Origin: the human T2T-CHM13v2.0 reference genome, Homo sapiens
DNA: 64,000 nt
Direction: 5' to 3' (one strand)
Assembly (NCBI RefSeq): GCF_009914755.1
Contig: NC_060930.1
Under the pieces are notes generated by a model. That model made no database searches. It saw nothing but the letters and a program-made list of their open reading frames with translations, and was not told where the DNA came from. The first letter of the stretch is position 1. Every line of letters begins with the position of its first letter. The position numbers and the translations under genes were made by a program. Positions 59,138-64,000 of this stretch are shown piece by piece.

Positions 59138-60159
59138 ATGGGGAGAAACCAGAGCAGAAAAGCTGAAAATTCTAGAAATCAGAGTGCCTCTTCTCCTCCA
59201 AAGGATTGCAGCTCCTCACCAGCAATGGAACAAAACTGGACAGAGAATGACATTGACGAGTTGACAGAAGTAGGCTTCAGAAGATCGGTAAAACAAACTT
59301 CTCCGAGCTAAAGGAGAATGTTCGAACCCATAGCAAAGAAGCTAAAAACCTTGAAAAAAGATTAGATGAATGGCTAACTAGAATAAACAGTGCAGAGAAG
59401 ACATTAGATGACCTGATGGAACTGAAAACCATGGCACGAGAACTACATGACGCATGCACAAGCTTCAGTAGCCAATTTGATCAACTGGAAGAAAGGGTAT
59501 CAGTGATTGAAGATCAAATGAATGAAATGCAGCGAGAAGAGAAGTTTAGAGAAAAAAGAGTAAAAAGAAATGAACAAAGCCTCCAAGAAATATGGGACTA
59601 TGTGAAAAGACCAAATCTACGTCTGATTGGTGTACCTGAAAGTGACAGGGAGAATGGAACCAAGTTGGAAAACAGTCTTCAGGATATTATCCAGAACTTC
59701 CCCAACCTAGCAAGGCAGGCCAACATTCAAATTCAGGAAATACAGAGAACACCACAAAGATACTCCTCAAGAAGAGCAACTCCAAGACACATAATTGTCA
59801 GATTCACCAAGGTTGAAATGAAGGAAAAAATGTTAAGGGCAGCCAGAGAGAAAGGTCTGGTTACCCTCAAAGGGAAGCCCATCAGACTAAAAGTGGATCT
59901 CTCAGCAGAAACTCTACAAGCTAGAAGGGAGTGGGGGCCAATATTCAACATTCTTAAAGAAAAGAATTTTCAACCTAGAATTTCATATCCAGCCAAACTA
60001 ACCTTCATAAGTGAAAGAGAAATAAAATCCTTTACAGATAAGTAAATGCTGAGAGATTTTGTCACCACCAGGCCTGCCTTACAAGAGCTCCTGAAGGAAG
60101 CACTAAACATGGAAAGGAACAACTGATACCAGCCACTGCAAAAACATGCCAAATTGTAA
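59138..60159 (+). pseudogene. L1 ORF1p remnant
   Basis: Start ATGGGGAGAAAC; ORF 59416-60045 with YVKRPNLRL and ARREWG; frameshift near 59290 and premature TAA at 60043-60045. Confidence 0.92.
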
Positions 60160-60222
60160 AGACCATTGATGCTAGGAAGAAACTGTATCAACTAATGAGC
60201 AAAATAACCACCTAACATCATA

Positions 60223-64000
<3,778 letters not shown>

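Overview
Primate (human-like) genomic DNA with no supportable protein-coding exon, RNA gene or CpG island; it reads as a repeat-rich stretch of a long intron or intergenic region. Four large + strand L1s dominate: an L1MA2/3-like copy (5.65-10.5 kb), a near full-length old L1MA6/7-like copy with a target-site duplication (TSD; 33.0-39.95 kb), an L1ME-like host carrying nested insertions (43.7-47.5 kb) and an L1PA5/6-like element with its 5' end intact running off the window end (58.1 kb onward). There are also 12 dimeric Alus, a truncated monomer-like Alu and two FAM monomers, L2, MIR and CR1 relics, MaLR LTRs (THE1, MLT1) and DNA transposons (Tigger3a/3b, MER3, MER5A, MER20, MER47, MER94, MADE2). 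The long ORFs are decayed L1 ORF1/ORF2 fragments or chance frames. I found no convincing new gene system. The best signals not explained by repeats are: a canonical RE1/REST site (25.2 kb); an AG|GTAAG recursive-splice-like site with a 161-nt exon (56.2 kb) downstream of the L1 antisense promoter; a 160-bp local copy with a microhomology junction (17.7 and 20.2 kb); an Alu-split, TA-flanked inverted-repeat element (57.4-57.9 kb); and a CTCF/G4 cluster (1.5-2.3 kb). Repeat subfamily calls come from recalled consensus sequences, and boundaries of old repeats are approximate.
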